From: an uncultured Candidatus Saccharibacteria bacterium | GTDB taxonomy: Bacteria; Patescibacteriota; Minisyncoccia; UBA6257; 2-01-FULL-56-20 | Direction of reading: 5' to 3' | DNA: 64,000 bases | Assembly (NCBI GenBank): GCA_964505005.1 | Contig: CAZDFQ010000001.1 | Span: forward strand, 114,458 to 178,457 | Shown: piece by piece, positions 1 through 9,155 of the stretch | How positions within the stretch are numbered: position 1 is the first letter of the stretch | Layout: every line of letters starts with the position of its first letter | Position numbers and translations under genes: made by a program | Notes under the pieces: model-generated | The model's input: only the letters and a program-made list of their open reading frames with translations | Databases searched by the model: none | Told to the model about the DNA's origin: nothing

Positions 1-87
1 TTTTTCACCTCCTCCATCAAACAGAATCGACTCAAAAAACTAATTAAAAATAACATTGTTATATTGCCTAAGTCAACTTTACGAATC

Positions 88-2433
88 TTAATTTTTAACG
101 CTATGGCCGCCGAACTGGTTCCGCAATGCCGATAAAATCTTGCCGATGTAGCTTGGTTTCTTGGCCGAAGCGACCCGGAATTTGAAAGAATCTTTGATAA
201 TCTTCACCGGCACGCCGAGTTTTTTGGCGGTTTTGACCGTCCATTCGCCTTCGCCGGTATGAGCAACTGAACCGGATATTTCTTTAAGTTCCTGGCCGTA
301 TTCGGAAAACGCTTTTTTGAGCCAGTCAACCAAGCGCGACTGGATAACGCTACCGTTATCGTAGATAGCCGCTATTTTCCTCAAATCAAACCCGTATTTT
401 GACTTATTAAGAACCGCGAAGCCCTCGGCCAAGGACTGCATCATCCCGTATTCAATGCCGTTATGAACCATTTTCACGAAATGACCGGCACCGGATTTGC
501 CGACGTAACCGTAGCCGCCGGAAACCGCCAACTCGCGGAAAAGGTGTTCGTATTTTTCATAAACCGATTTCTGGCCGCCGACCATAATCGAAGCGCCATA
601 CCTTGCGCCAGCCGGGCCGCCGGAAACGCCGACATCCAGAAACTCTAGGTCGGCTTTTTTCAATTTTTTGGCTCGCTTTATTGAGTCCTCGAAAAACGAA
701 TTGCCGCCGTCAATGACCACATCGCCTTTTTCAAGTACGGCTAAAAGTTCATCAATGACTTCGTCAACTTTGGCCGATGGCACCATCAGCCAAACCAGCC
801 GCGGCGCCGCGAGCAGATTTTTGAATTCTTTAACATCTTCCGCTGCCAAGCCGCCTCCCTCAACGAATTTTTTCCGCGCCTTCTCGTCTCTATCATAAGC
901 GATTACCCGCCAGCCCTTTTCCAGAAGCCGCAGCCCCATATTCCTGCCCATTTTGCCGAGCCCAATAAGGCCGAGCTCTTTTTTAACGCTTCCTGATTCT
1001 CTTTTAACTTCTTCGATGACCGGAAAAGAACCCGGCTTATAAAACTGGAGCGGCACCAGATTTTTCTTCCAAGCCCTCAAAATTGGGTCAATGAATTTCC
1101 AGCTCGCCGTAATCTCGTCGGTGCTCACAAAAAGCGTCTGGTTGCCGGAAAAAGCGTCAAGAAGCAGCCGCTCGTAAGCGTCAACGAACAATTCTTCCGA
1201 GAAAGCGCTTTTATAATCGAAAGAAAAATCTTTTTCCTCAAGGGCCATTTCTGGACCCGGCCGCTTGACCCAGAAGGAAGTAGTAATTCCTTCTTTTGGC
1301 TGAATGTTATAGCGAAGAACGTTCCGGTAATGTTTCCTTGGCGGGCAGAGACAAGGCGACGGATGCTTGAAAGCGACGACTACTTCGACTTTTGATTCCG
1401 GCAGATATTTTCCGCTTTCCAGCTCTAAAGGGACATCTTCAAAGCGCGGCGTATCCAGAAAGGCGGTGATACGGAAATAAGTTTCCGTCATCGAACCCGG
1501 TTTCACATTTTTTTCTTCCCGATAGCCGTGGTATTGAGCGCGGGAAGTGAATTGTTTAATTTCTTCTTTTTTAAAAATTCTCAAGATTCTCAACACCTCG
1601 GCGCGCTGGCGACGGATGGAATCCGCATCGAAACTCAGAGGATTCTCCATGGTAAAAAGCGCCAGAAGCTGCAGCAGATGGTTTTGGCCGACATCGCGGA
1701 GCGCGCCCACGCCGTCATAAAAACTGCCCCGGCCCTCTAGGCCAGCGGCCTCAAAAAAACGGAAAGAAATCTTTTCAATGGAATTTTTATCCCAGGCCGG
1801 CTCCAAAAAATAATTGGAAAACCGGAAAGCCAAAATATTCTGGACCGTATCTTTAGCGAGATAATGGTCAATCCGGTAAATCTGTTCTTCTCGAAAGAGA
1901 GTCCCGAGCAATTTGTCGAGGGATTCCGCGGTTTTCAAATCCCGGCCAAAAGGTTTTTCGACCAAGACGCGGGTCCAGCCCTCTTCCGGGCTGCAGGGAA
2001 TGGTCAAGCCCGAGTCAGCCAAATTATGAAGGATTTTTTTGTAATAGGTCGGTGGCACCGCCAGATAAAAAAGCTTGTTGCTGCAAGTCCGCCACTCGTT
2101 ATCCCGATAACCGAGTTGTTCAGCCAATTTTTTATAGCCGCTCTTTTTTTCAAAAAATCCCTGGGAATAAATGAACATTTTTCTGAAAGATTCTATCGCT
2201 TCAAGAGAACCGCTTTTTTCTTTTCCGAGCGTCTCTTTGACCATTGACTGGAATTCGGCATCGGATAGATTCTGTCTTGAAAAACCGATGACCTGGAAAA
2301 GCGGCGGCAGAAGTTTTTTCCGATAAAGACGGAAAAGCGCCGGCAGAAGTTTGCGCCGGGCCAAATCGCCAGTGGCGCCGAAAATCACTAGGATGGTGGG
2401 ATTGTATGATTTGAAATCAAGTCGTTCGCTCAT
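88..2433 (-). CDS. zwf-gnd: Fused glucose-6-phosphate dehydrogenase / short-type 6-phosphogluconate dehydrogenase
   Basis: N-half has GATGDLA, EKPFG and RIDHYLAK (G6PDH). C-half has GLGKMG, IDGGN, GVSGG and KMVHNGIEYG (6PGDH), all in one frame. ATG at 2433 preferred over the TTG at 2487. Confidence 0.93.
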   Translation of the reverse strand: MSERLDFKSYNPTILVIFGATGDLARRKLLPALFRLYRKKLLPPLFQVIGFSRQNLSDAEFQSMVKETLGKEKSGSLEAIESFRKMFIYSQGFFEKKSGYKKLAEQLGYRDNEWRTCSNKLFYLAVPPTYYKKILHNLADSGLTIPCSPEEGWTRVLVEKPFGRDLKTAESLDKLLGTLFREEQIYRIDHYLAKDTVQNILAFRFSNYFLEPAWDKNSIEKISFRFFEAAGLEGRGSFYDGVGALRDVGQNHLLQLLALFTMENPLSFDADSIRRQRAEVLRILRIFKKEEIKQFTSRAQYHGYREEKNVKPGSMTETYFRITAFLDTPRFEDVPLELESGKYLPESKVEVVVAFKHPSPCLCPPRKHYRNVLRYNIQPKEGITTSFWVKRPGPEMALEEKDFSFDYKSAFSEELFVDAYERLLLDAFSGNQTLFVSTDEITASWKFIDPILRAWKKNLVPLQFYKPGSFPVIEEVKRESGSVKKELGLIGLGKMGRNMGLRLLEKGWRVIAYDRDEKARKKFVEGGGLAAEDVKEFKNLLAAPRLVWLMVPSAKVDEVIDELLAVLEKGDVVIDGGNSFFEDSIKRAKKLKKADLEFLDVGVSGGPAGARYGASIMVGGQKSVYEKYEHLFRELAVSGGYGYVGKSGAGHFVKMVHNGIEYGMMQSLAEGFAVLNKSKYGFDLRKIAAIYDNGSVIQSRLVDWLKKAFSEYGQELKEISGSVAHTGEGEWTVKTAKKLGVPVKIIKDSFKFRVASAKKPSYIGKILSALRNQFGGHSVKN

Positions 2434-2437
2434 TGAA

Positions 2438-3610
2438 TTATTTGAAGGTCGAGACCCGCTGGCCGGCTTTTTTTTCGACTTTAGCAAGGGCTAATTCCCT
2501 GGCCACCGCTCTCGGGCTTCTCCCCTCTTTCAAGCTTTTAGACAAAACCATTCTAGTGCTTTTGACGATTTTTCTTTGAACTAAATCAAACATTTTTTTG
2601 GGATTGTAGCCGCGATACTCGGCGTAAGAAGAAATGACACCACCGGCATTAGCCACGAAATCAGGCACCATCATTATCCCCTTTTTAAAAAGTTCACTTT
2701 CAATGGTTTCGGTCATCGGAATGTTCCCGGCTTCGACAATGATTTTCGCCTTAATTTCGTTCTTGTTCGATTCATTGATGACATCGGTTACTGAAGCCGG
2801 AATCAAAATATCAACCGGGATTTTCCAGAAATCTTGGGATTTAACGGCTGCCTGCGGTAAGGCCTCGCTAAGAGATTCTTTGCCGCTGATAATTTTATCA
2901 ACATTATCTTTGGGAAATCCCTTCTCGTTGAAAATCGCTCCGCTCCTATCTGCCAAAGCAACAACCCTGGCTCCTTTAGCGGTCAGGAACTGATACGCAA
3001 AAGTGCCGACATTGCCAAAACCATGAATGGCGACTGACGATTTATTGATATTAAGACCGAGGAGGGCTGCCGCGGTTTCAGTTGCTTCAGCTACTCCGAA
3101 ACCAGTGCTGCCGAATTCATGAGGGATGCCGCATTTTTCGCCTTTTTTTCCGAACAAGGCCATGCAGTAATTGGCCGGCTTGCCAGTGGCGCTCCGCCAA
3201 TTGCCGGTGGCTTCGACAAACCATTCCATCTCTTCCTCGCCGGTATTGACATCCGGACCGGCAATGTACTGGCGGGGAGTAAAAATCTTTATGGCTCGCG
3301 CAAAACTCTGGATAAATTCTTTTTTAAGTTTATCTGAACCGTCCCTGCCCGCCGTAGCTTCAGCGGAGGCGGGTGGCCAAACTATACCAGCTTTGGCGCC
3401 GCCAAAAGGGATGTCAGCCAAGGCATTTTTCCAGGTCATGGTCCGCGCCAAGCGAAATACTTCCTCGATATTCACATTGTTAGTCATCCGAATCCCGCCT
3501 TTGCCTGGCCCCAAAGCCGTATTATCAATCACCAAAAAACCTTCCATTCCGATTCGGGAATCATAAACTTCCACCAGATATTCTGGGCCGAATTTGTCTT
3601 TAGTTATCAT
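2438..3610 (-). CDS. gdhA: Glu/Leu/Phe/Val dehydrogenase (glutamate dehydrogenase-like)
   Basis: GKGGIR, GGAKAG, AGPDVNT, TGFGV, GFGNVG and PDFVANAGGV motifs. Confidence 0.88.
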   Translation of the reverse strand: MITKDKFGPEYLVEVYDSRIGMEGFLVIDNTALGPGKGGIRMTNNVNIEEVFRLARTMTWKNALADIPFGGAKAGIVWPPASAEATAGRDGSDKLKKEFIQSFARAIKIFTPRQYIAGPDVNTGEEEMEWFVEATGNWRSATGKPANYCMALFGKKGEKCGIPHEFGSTGFGVAEATETAAALLGLNINKSSVAIHGFGNVGTFAYQFLTAKGARVVALADRSGAIFNEKGFPKDNVDKIISGKESLSEALPQAAVKSQDFWKIPVDILIPASVTDVINESNKNEIKAKIIVEAGNIPMTETIESELFKKGIMMVPDFVANAGGVISSYAEYRGYNPKKMFDLVQRKIVKSTRMVLSKSLKEGRSPRAVARELALAKVEKKAGQRVSTFK

Positions 3611-3770
3611 TTTCTTCCTGAACGGCTAATTTGGTAATTTCCAAATTGCAACTTCTGTGTTCGTGGCACCAAGCTTCGCACTTTTCGGCTGTTTCTTTGC
3701 TAAGATATTTGAAACCGCAATCCTCGCAAACGTATAAATCCCCTTTTTCTCTGGGTAAAATTTTAACCAT
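3600..3770 (-). CDS. Small Cys-rich, putative zinc-binding protein (56 aa; absent from the ORF track)
   Basis: Hand translation MVKILPREKGDLYVCEDCGFKYLSKETAEKCEAWCHEHRSCNLEITKLAVQEENDN. It fills the gap between two co-oriented genes and has a CxxC...CxxxC..H..C pattern. Confidence 0.7.
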   Translation of the reverse strand: MVKILPREKGDLYVCEDCGFKYLSKETAEKCEAWCHEHRSCNLEITKLAVQEENDN

Positions 3771-3771
3771 C

Positions 3772-4044
3772 TTATCTGCCGAGAGCCCAATGTCTCAAAT
3801 TTTCATAAACATCCTCGCCGCAAATGTATTTCCCGGTTTCGGTGTTGAAGAAAAATGGCACGCCGCCGCAAAAGCCCTTATCGTATTCCCTCATTTTTTG
3901 GGCGTTTTCCTCGTTATGCCAAACCTCGTATTTCTCCATGTTCAAACCCTCTTCTTTTTCGAGCCGTTCAACCAGCGAGTCCATCCGGCGGCAGTGCGGA
4001 CACTCTTCGCCGTAAAATTCTAAAAGCATTTTTAAAATCTTCAT
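3772..4044 (-). CDS. Thioredoxin/glutaredoxin-like protein
   Basis: CPHC active-site motif and GVP cis-Pro motif. Confidence 0.85.
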   Translation of the reverse strand: MKILKMLLEFYGEECPHCRRMDSLVERLEKEEGLNMEKYEVWHNEENAQKMREYDKGFCGGVPFFFNTETGKYICGEDVYENLRHWALGR

Positions 4045-4066
4045 TATCCCGACCTTTAGGAGAATC

Positions 4067-4717
4067 TCATTTTAACAAAACCGCCCGAACTGGCGAGGCC
4101 TCGGCCCCTTTTATTTTAAGCGGCAAGCCGATGAAAAAATAGCGGCCCGGTTTTACCTTCTTAAAATTCAGTCCTTCGTAAATCAAAATTCCGCCCTTGA
4201 GAAGCAGCGGGTGAACCGTATCCGGTCGCAAACGGAATTTTCTGATTGACGGGCCGTCAATGCCCACAGCTTTAATTTTTGACTTTATAAGAACTTTGGC
4301 CGCAGCTTCGTTGATATGGATAAATTTCGGATTAAAGCGCCTGGATTTATTCAGTGAATTTTTCGTTTTTAAGAGGATAATTTCGCCGGTTTTGGGCCGA
4401 ATTTTTCTGATTTCCCTTTCGCTGATTTCGCTTTTGATTTTCGTGAAGTCAACCACCCGGCACCAACCCAGACATTTCCCGAGCTGAATTCTGTCCACCA
4501 GCAAGCCGTTTTTCAAATAATGAAAGGGGGCATCAAGATGGCTCCCGTTGTGAAGACCAAAACTTAAAGAGGACGAATTAGAGCCGTCTTTTTTGAAAAT
4601 TTTATCTCGCCGCAAAATAACCGGCTCGTTGCCGGGATAAAGCGGTTCGCCTTTACTTAAAGGACGGCTGATATCATAGATTCTGATAAATTTTTCGGCG
4701 AATTTTCTCTGAAACAC
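4067..4717 (-). CDS. Cyclase family protein (kynurenine formamidase-like)
   Basis: HNGSHLDAPFH metal motif, GIDGPS and GAEASPVRA. Confidence 0.88.
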   Translation of the reverse strand: MFQRKFAEKFIRIYDISRPLSKGEPLYPGNEPVILRRDKIFKKDGSNSSSLSFGLHNGSHLDAPFHYLKNGLLVDRIQLGKCLGWCRVVDFTKIKSEISEREIRKIRPKTGEIILLKTKNSLNKSRRFNPKFIHINEAAAKVLIKSKIKAVGIDGPSIRKFRLRPDTVHPLLLKGGILIYEGLNFKKVKPGRYFFIGLPLKIKGAEASPVRAVLLK

Positions 4718-4721
4718 CTTC

Positions 4722-5018
4722 TCATTTTATTTCAAAATTTTCGAATTTTCCAGTCCGCCTGCCTGCCGGCAGGCAGGCTTTGCCGTATGAAAATTCAATC
4801 CGTTCGACATTGGCAAGCGGCGGCCCCTTTTTGCACCATTCCAAAAATCTCTTCAAGTTTTTCTCGTCTCCTTCGGCTTCGATATAAACCGAGCCGTCGT
4901 CTTCATTTCTCGCCAATCCTTTAAGGCCCGACTCGTCGGCTTTAATTTTCGCCGTATGCCTAAAAAATACTCCTTGGACCCGGCCAAAAATTTTAATTCT
5001 AAGAAATTTATCCGCCAT
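4722..5018 (-). CDS. acyP: Acylphosphatase
   Basis: GRVQGVFFR, N..DGSV and GPPLA motifs; an in-frame palindrome is inserted near the C-terminus. Confidence 0.92.
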   Translation of the reverse strand: MADKFLRIKIFGRVQGVFFRHTAKIKADESGLKGLARNEDDGSVYIEAEGDEKNLKRFLEWCKKGPPLANVERIEFSYGKACLPAGRRTGKFENFEIK

Positions 5019-5077
5019 ATCCTTTTGGATTTTCAACTTTAACCCCTTATTCTCTAATTCGCTCGAATTAGAGAAGG

Positions 5078-5830
5078 CTAATTTTTAATGCCGACTACCG
5101 TTGCCATCCGGCCTTCGGGTTCGCCGGTTTTCCGCGACCGATAATGGGAAAAGAAATTTTTGTCAACGATAGTATCCACATCTGCGATTTCAATGTTCTC
5201 TCGGTTTATACCTGCCGAAACAAGCTGATGAATATTATAGCCAACCAAATCTATTCCTGTCTTCCCGTTTTTTGAATCAATCAAAAAATTTTTCCATTCG
5301 TTATGACCAATGATACGTTTCGTTAATTCATCTCCATCAAATAAATATGATTCTTTGCGGACGCCGGGACCGATGCCTACAAAAATATCTTTAGAGTTAC
5401 TTCCCGCTTTCTCAAATTGCTCAATGATTTTTTGAACAAACATCTGCGGCGTATTAATCCTACTCAAATGCGCGAGCGCCAATATTCTTTTTGAGAAATC
5501 ATAGAAAATTATCGGCAGGCAATCGCCAGTTGGCAGAAACAAAAAAAGATTTTTCTCGGCGGTTATGGCGGCGTCAGCTTTCGGCCCGCCATTGGGACCA
5601 TTCACCCCCTGTCCCTTGAACGACTTATCAACTGAAATTATATCGGTGCCGTGGAAATCATCGAGGCGAATGCAATTCTCAAAGCCGATGCCCAGCTTGC
5701 TCAAAAACCTTTTACGATTGTCGACGACTTCTTCGGGCGCCCCGAAAGAAAAAGACATATTGCTGTCGGATTTATCGGAAAAACCGTGAATGAGATTGGG
5801 GAATTTTTTCAAACCCGGCAGTTGATACAT
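5078..5830 (-). CDS. YfiH/PgeF-family (laccase-domain) protein
   Basis: ADA.IT, TGDCLPI, GPG and FFSHYR motifs. Confidence 0.85.
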   Translation of the reverse strand: MYQLPGLKKFPNLIHGFSDKSDSNMSFSFGAPEEVVDNRKRFLSKLGIGFENCIRLDDFHGTDIISVDKSFKGQGVNGPNGGPKADAAITAEKNLFLFLPTGDCLPIIFYDFSKRILALAHLSRINTPQMFVQKIIEQFEKAGSNSKDIFVGIGPGVRKESYLFDGDELTKRIIGHNEWKNFLIDSKNGKTGIDLVGYNIHQLVSAGINRENIEIADVDTIVDKNFFSHYRSRKTGEPEGRMATVVGIKN

Positions 5831-5881
5831 TTTTCAAATCCTAATATCTAATTATTTAATAATTCGGATGGGCGCATTCGT

Positions 5882-5959
5882 ATGAAGCTTCGCTTCATCA
5901 ATCGGTTCGCTCGGCAATCGCAAGAATTTTATATTCTTGTGTTGCCTCGCTGCCGATTG
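5882..5959. repeat. Hairpin element family H (representative copy)
   Basis: atgaagcttcgcttcat-caatcgg-ttcgctc...tcgctg-ccgattg. Other copies at 6657-6763, 8977-9073, 10995-11116 (two, second truncated), 28964-29041, 31689-31787, 51139-51249, 58560-58638 and 58640-58738. Confidence 0.88.
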
Positions 5960-6582
5960 TAGGACGCTATTCGGATGCCGCCTTTCCGCAAAACCGAGAT
6001 TTTGCCGTGAGCCAATTTAATCAGAGCCGACGGCCGGCTGACAACTTTCCCGGCATCCACATAAAAATCAACTTTGCGGCCGAAATATTTTTGCGCTTCT
6101 TTTATGGTTTTGGCCGGCGGCCGACCTTCGATATTCGCACTCGGCGCCACCAGCGGACCGGTTTTCTTCAATAGCTTGCGGAGGTTATCTTGGGCGGGCA
6201 GTCGGAATGCTAATGTCTTTGTTCCGCGATGAAGATGAGTTGAGCGAAGCGCCAATCGCTTATCGCTAATCGGCAAAATCACGCTTACCTTCCCGGGCCA
6301 AATTTCAGCAAGAATTCTGTTTGTATTTCTATCAAGAGAAATTCCGAAGTGCTTCAGCTCTTTTTTCGAACTGACTAAAACAATCATCGGCTTGTCCGGC
6401 CGGCGCCGGCGCAAACGATAAATCCGGCTGACGGCTTTTTGGGAAAACGCCGAGCCGACAATTCCATAGATGGTGTCAGTGGGGATAACGCCGACTCCGC
6501 CCCTCTTCAGAGTTACGGCAACTTTCGAATTGAGTCCTGAAAAAATTTTCATCAGAAGAGTATCAAAATCAGGAGGGCTCAT
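5929..6582 (-). CDS. tsaC: Threonylcarbamoyl-AMP synthase (YrdC/Sua5)
   Basis: PTDTIYG, R..DKPM, WPG and PSANIEG motifs. Confidence 0.9.
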   Translation of the reverse strand: MSPPDFDTLLMKIFSGLNSKVAVTLKRGGVGVIPTDTIYGIVGSAFSQKAVSRIYRLRRRRPDKPMIVLVSSKKELKHFGISLDRNTNRILAEIWPGKVSVILPISDKRLALRSTHLHRGTKTLAFRLPAQDNLRKLLKKTGPLVAPSANIEGRPPAKTIKEAQKYFGRKVDFYVDAGKVVSRPSALIKLAHGKISVLRKGGIRIASYNRQRGNTRI

Positions 6583-6622
6583 TTACTATTATTATATCGC
6601 ATATGCGATATAATAATAGTAA
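6583..6622. repeat. 40-bp AT-rich palindrome family P3
   Basis: ttactattattatatcgcat|atgcgatataataatagtaa; also 7515-7554 and 58816-58855. Confidence 0.9.
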
Positions 6623-6781
6623 TTCGTTCTTGATAAACCTCCTTGAATCTTCTTGTATTTGGCAGCGAGTCCGCAAGGAAAACGAATTTTATCTGCGGCG
6701 AGCCCTGCCTTGCCACCTGTCCGGCGACAAACAGGGTAGGCAGGAAACCAAATGAAAAAAATGTTACGCGCCGTGACATTT

Positions 6782-7480
6782 TTAGATTTTATAAATAACG
6801 TCTTTCCGTTCCACTACTACCGGCCATTTTCTTTTTCTGGCTATCCGGTACAAATTGGCGTTCGGATTGAAACAAATCGGCTTTTCGACTATTTTCAAAA
6901 ACGGGATATCCGATTCGGTGTCACCGACACCGATGGAATCCTTAAGCGTCAAATTTTCTTTCTCAACCGCCCGTTTTAAAATTTTAGCTTTATCAAAAAT
7001 AAGTTCTTCGTAAAGTATTCTGCCAGTAAAACGATTTTTCGAATCAATCTCCAGCAGCCGGCCGTAAACCTTATCGAAACCGAGGATTTTTCCGAAACGG
7101 CCGACCACATACATCGGCGAATGGGAAATGGCCAAGAGATAATAATTTTTCTTTTTTAATTCTTTCAGCAAATCGCGGGTATAGCGATAGAGGCGGTTTT
7201 TGTGGAAGGAGATAACTTTTTCGACAACCGGCCGAACAGCTTTTTCCGGCACGCCCTTGATATTTTTATCAAATGCCTTGATAACCGCTCCGATGTATTT
7301 TTCGTAGCTGTCTTTCCGGTCGAGCCAGCGTTTGTATTCCCGGGAATAAATTTTACGGACTTTTGCAGGAAAAACACCTTCAAGAATAAGCGCTTCCGCC
7401 AGTTCAATCAACAAACTCGAACGGAAAATCGTCCCGTCAATGTCAAAAACTACGACTTTCCGCTTTATAGATTTATTCAT
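6782..7480 (-). CDS. HAD-IB family hydrolase (SerB-like)
   Basis: FDIDGT motif I, K motif III and GDTESD motif IV. Confidence 0.88.
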   Translation of the reverse strand: MNKSIKRKVVVFDIDGTIFRSSLLIELAEALILEGVFPAKVRKIYSREYKRWLDRKDSYEKYIGAVIKAFDKNIKGVPEKAVRPVVEKVISFHKNRLYRYTRDLLKELKKKNYYLLAISHSPMYVVGRFGKILGFDKVYGRLLEIDSKNRFTGRILYEELIFDKAKILKRAVEKENLTLKDSIGVGDTESDIPFLKIVEKPICFNPNANLYRIARKRKWPVVVERKDVIYKI

Positions 7481-7562
7481 CGTCCAAATTATTAATTAAC
7501 TAAATTCAAGCTGTTTACTATTATTATATTACAATTGTAATATAATAATAGTAATTCAAAAT

Positions 7563-8021
7563 TCAAAGTCCTTCTTCATTCTCATCCAACACTTTATTTA
7601 CGATTCTGTCGGCCCGGCGGTTTTCGCTCCGCGGAATGTGAATAAAAAAAACTTTTTTGAAATCGATTTTCAGGTTCCAAACCTCGAGAAAGAGCGGCTG
7701 AAGCTCCGGCTCTTCGATTTTGTATTCGGCGTTCAGCTGCCGAACCACCAGTTCGCTGTCCAAACGCATTTCTATTTCTGCTTCTCTGGCTTTTTTCTTG
7801 CCGATAAGTTGTTTTATTTTTTTGAGCGCGAAAATCACCGCTAAGTATTCGGCCTGATTATTTGTTTTCTTGCCAAGAAATTCGCCATATTCTTTGCCAC
7901 GAATGTTCCGAATTGGTGATTCGAATTCTATAACAACGCCGAGTGCGGCTGGCCCAGGGTTACCCCTGGAACCGCCGTCCGCATAGACAATTATTTTTTT
8001 CTCGGATAATTTCGCGACCAT
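7563..8021 (-). CDS. rnhA: Ribonuclease HI
   Basis: DGGSRGNPG, TNNQAEY, DSELVV and N.RAD motifs. Confidence 0.93.
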   Translation of the reverse strand: MVAKLSEKKIIVYADGGSRGNPGPAALGVVIEFESPIRNIRGKEYGEFLGKKTNNQAEYLAVIFALKKIKQLIGKKKAREAEIEMRLDSELVVRQLNAEYKIEEPELQPLFLEVWNLKIDFKKVFFIHIPRSENRRADRIVNKVLDENEEGL

Positions 8022-8023
8022 TT

Positions 8024-8962
8024 CTATCTTAAGTTATTAATAATTTTCTGAACCGCGGCTTGAACTAATTTCCTGAATTTAAAAGTTGCACCAGCAGCGT
8101 CGTGATGGCCACCGCCGCCGAAATTTTTTCTCAAAAATTCGCCGAGGTGGACTCTGTTTTCCCAGCGGCGCCAGGGATTGGCACTTAACGATAAACTAAA
8201 TAAGCCATTATTGTATCTTTTAGCCGCCAATCCATAAACGACTTTGGGGTAAATATAAAAAGACGCCACTCTTAATTCCCGAATTTCTGTTCGGGACAAG
8301 TCAATAAAGGTGATTCTGCCGATAAGCTTAAGATTCCGGCGATAAAAAGCAAAAGATTTTTTCCTCTGGGTTTTAAGCTCCGGCAAAAATTTTCTAATCC
8401 GGTTGTCTTTAACGATTTTTTCTAGCGGCAGATTGGCGAGTATTCTGATAAACCACTCGCCGAGTTCGTCTTTGGTTTTCCGGCTATCAATAAATTCTTC
8501 AAGCTGAAGTGCCGGCTCTTTTTTTTCAATGACTTGCTTGGCTGAACGAAAATGAGCGCTATCAATCATATCCAGCCAGCGGGCTAATTCTTTTATGTGT
8601 TTCGGCGGCTGGTAGTCGAAATCTTTTTCCAGCGATTTTACAATCAAGCCGCAACAGGACGGCGCTTTCGGGTCCCAATGAAATAATCGACTCGGTCTGA
8701 ATTTCCTCTGCCAGCCCTTTTTCAAAAAAGTTGTCTCGTGGTGGTCGAACCAAGCGGCGGCTTCCGGATGATAAGGAAAATCAACCACAATCGCCGGATT
8801 GCGCCGATTTGAAGCGGCAATTTTTCTTTTCTGCCAAGAGATATTGAAATCAACAGGATAGAAATTTTTTATTGAATCGCCCCGGCTTTCTAGAAAATTC
8901 AGCATCACGGCGGCTGAAGACCGGCCGTCGAAATCATCGTGAAAATAAATGTCGTAAGTCAT
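8024..8962 (-). CDS. DHH-family phosphoesterase
   Basis: HDDFDG, VDF, DHH and C-terminal GGGH (DHHA1). Confidence 0.85.
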   Translation of the reverse strand: MTYDIYFHDDFDGRSSAAVMLNFLESRGDSIKNFYPVDFNISWQKRKIAASNRRNPAIVVDFPYHPEAAAWFDHHETTFLKKGWQRKFRPSRLFHWDPKAPSCCGLIVKSLEKDFDYQPPKHIKELARWLDMIDSAHFRSAKQVIEKKEPALQLEEFIDSRKTKDELGEWFIRILANLPLEKIVKDNRIRKFLPELKTQRKKSFAFYRRNLKLIGRITFIDLSRTEIRELRVASFYIYPKVVYGLAAKRYNNGLFSLSLSANPWRRWENRVHLGEFLRKNFGGGGHHDAAGATFKFRKLVQAAVQKIINNLR

Positions 8963-9155
8963 AATAATAAGAATTTATGAAGCTTCGCTTCATCAATCGG
9001 TTCCCTGCCTGCCGGCAGGCAGGGCTCGCCGGAAATAAATGTCTTGCATTCACTTCCTTCTCGCTGCCGATTGGAGAAAATAGAATTTAGAATGTAGAAG
9101 TGTGAAAAAGATGTTTTTTATTCTACGATTCGCTCGAATTAGAGAAGATAATTTC

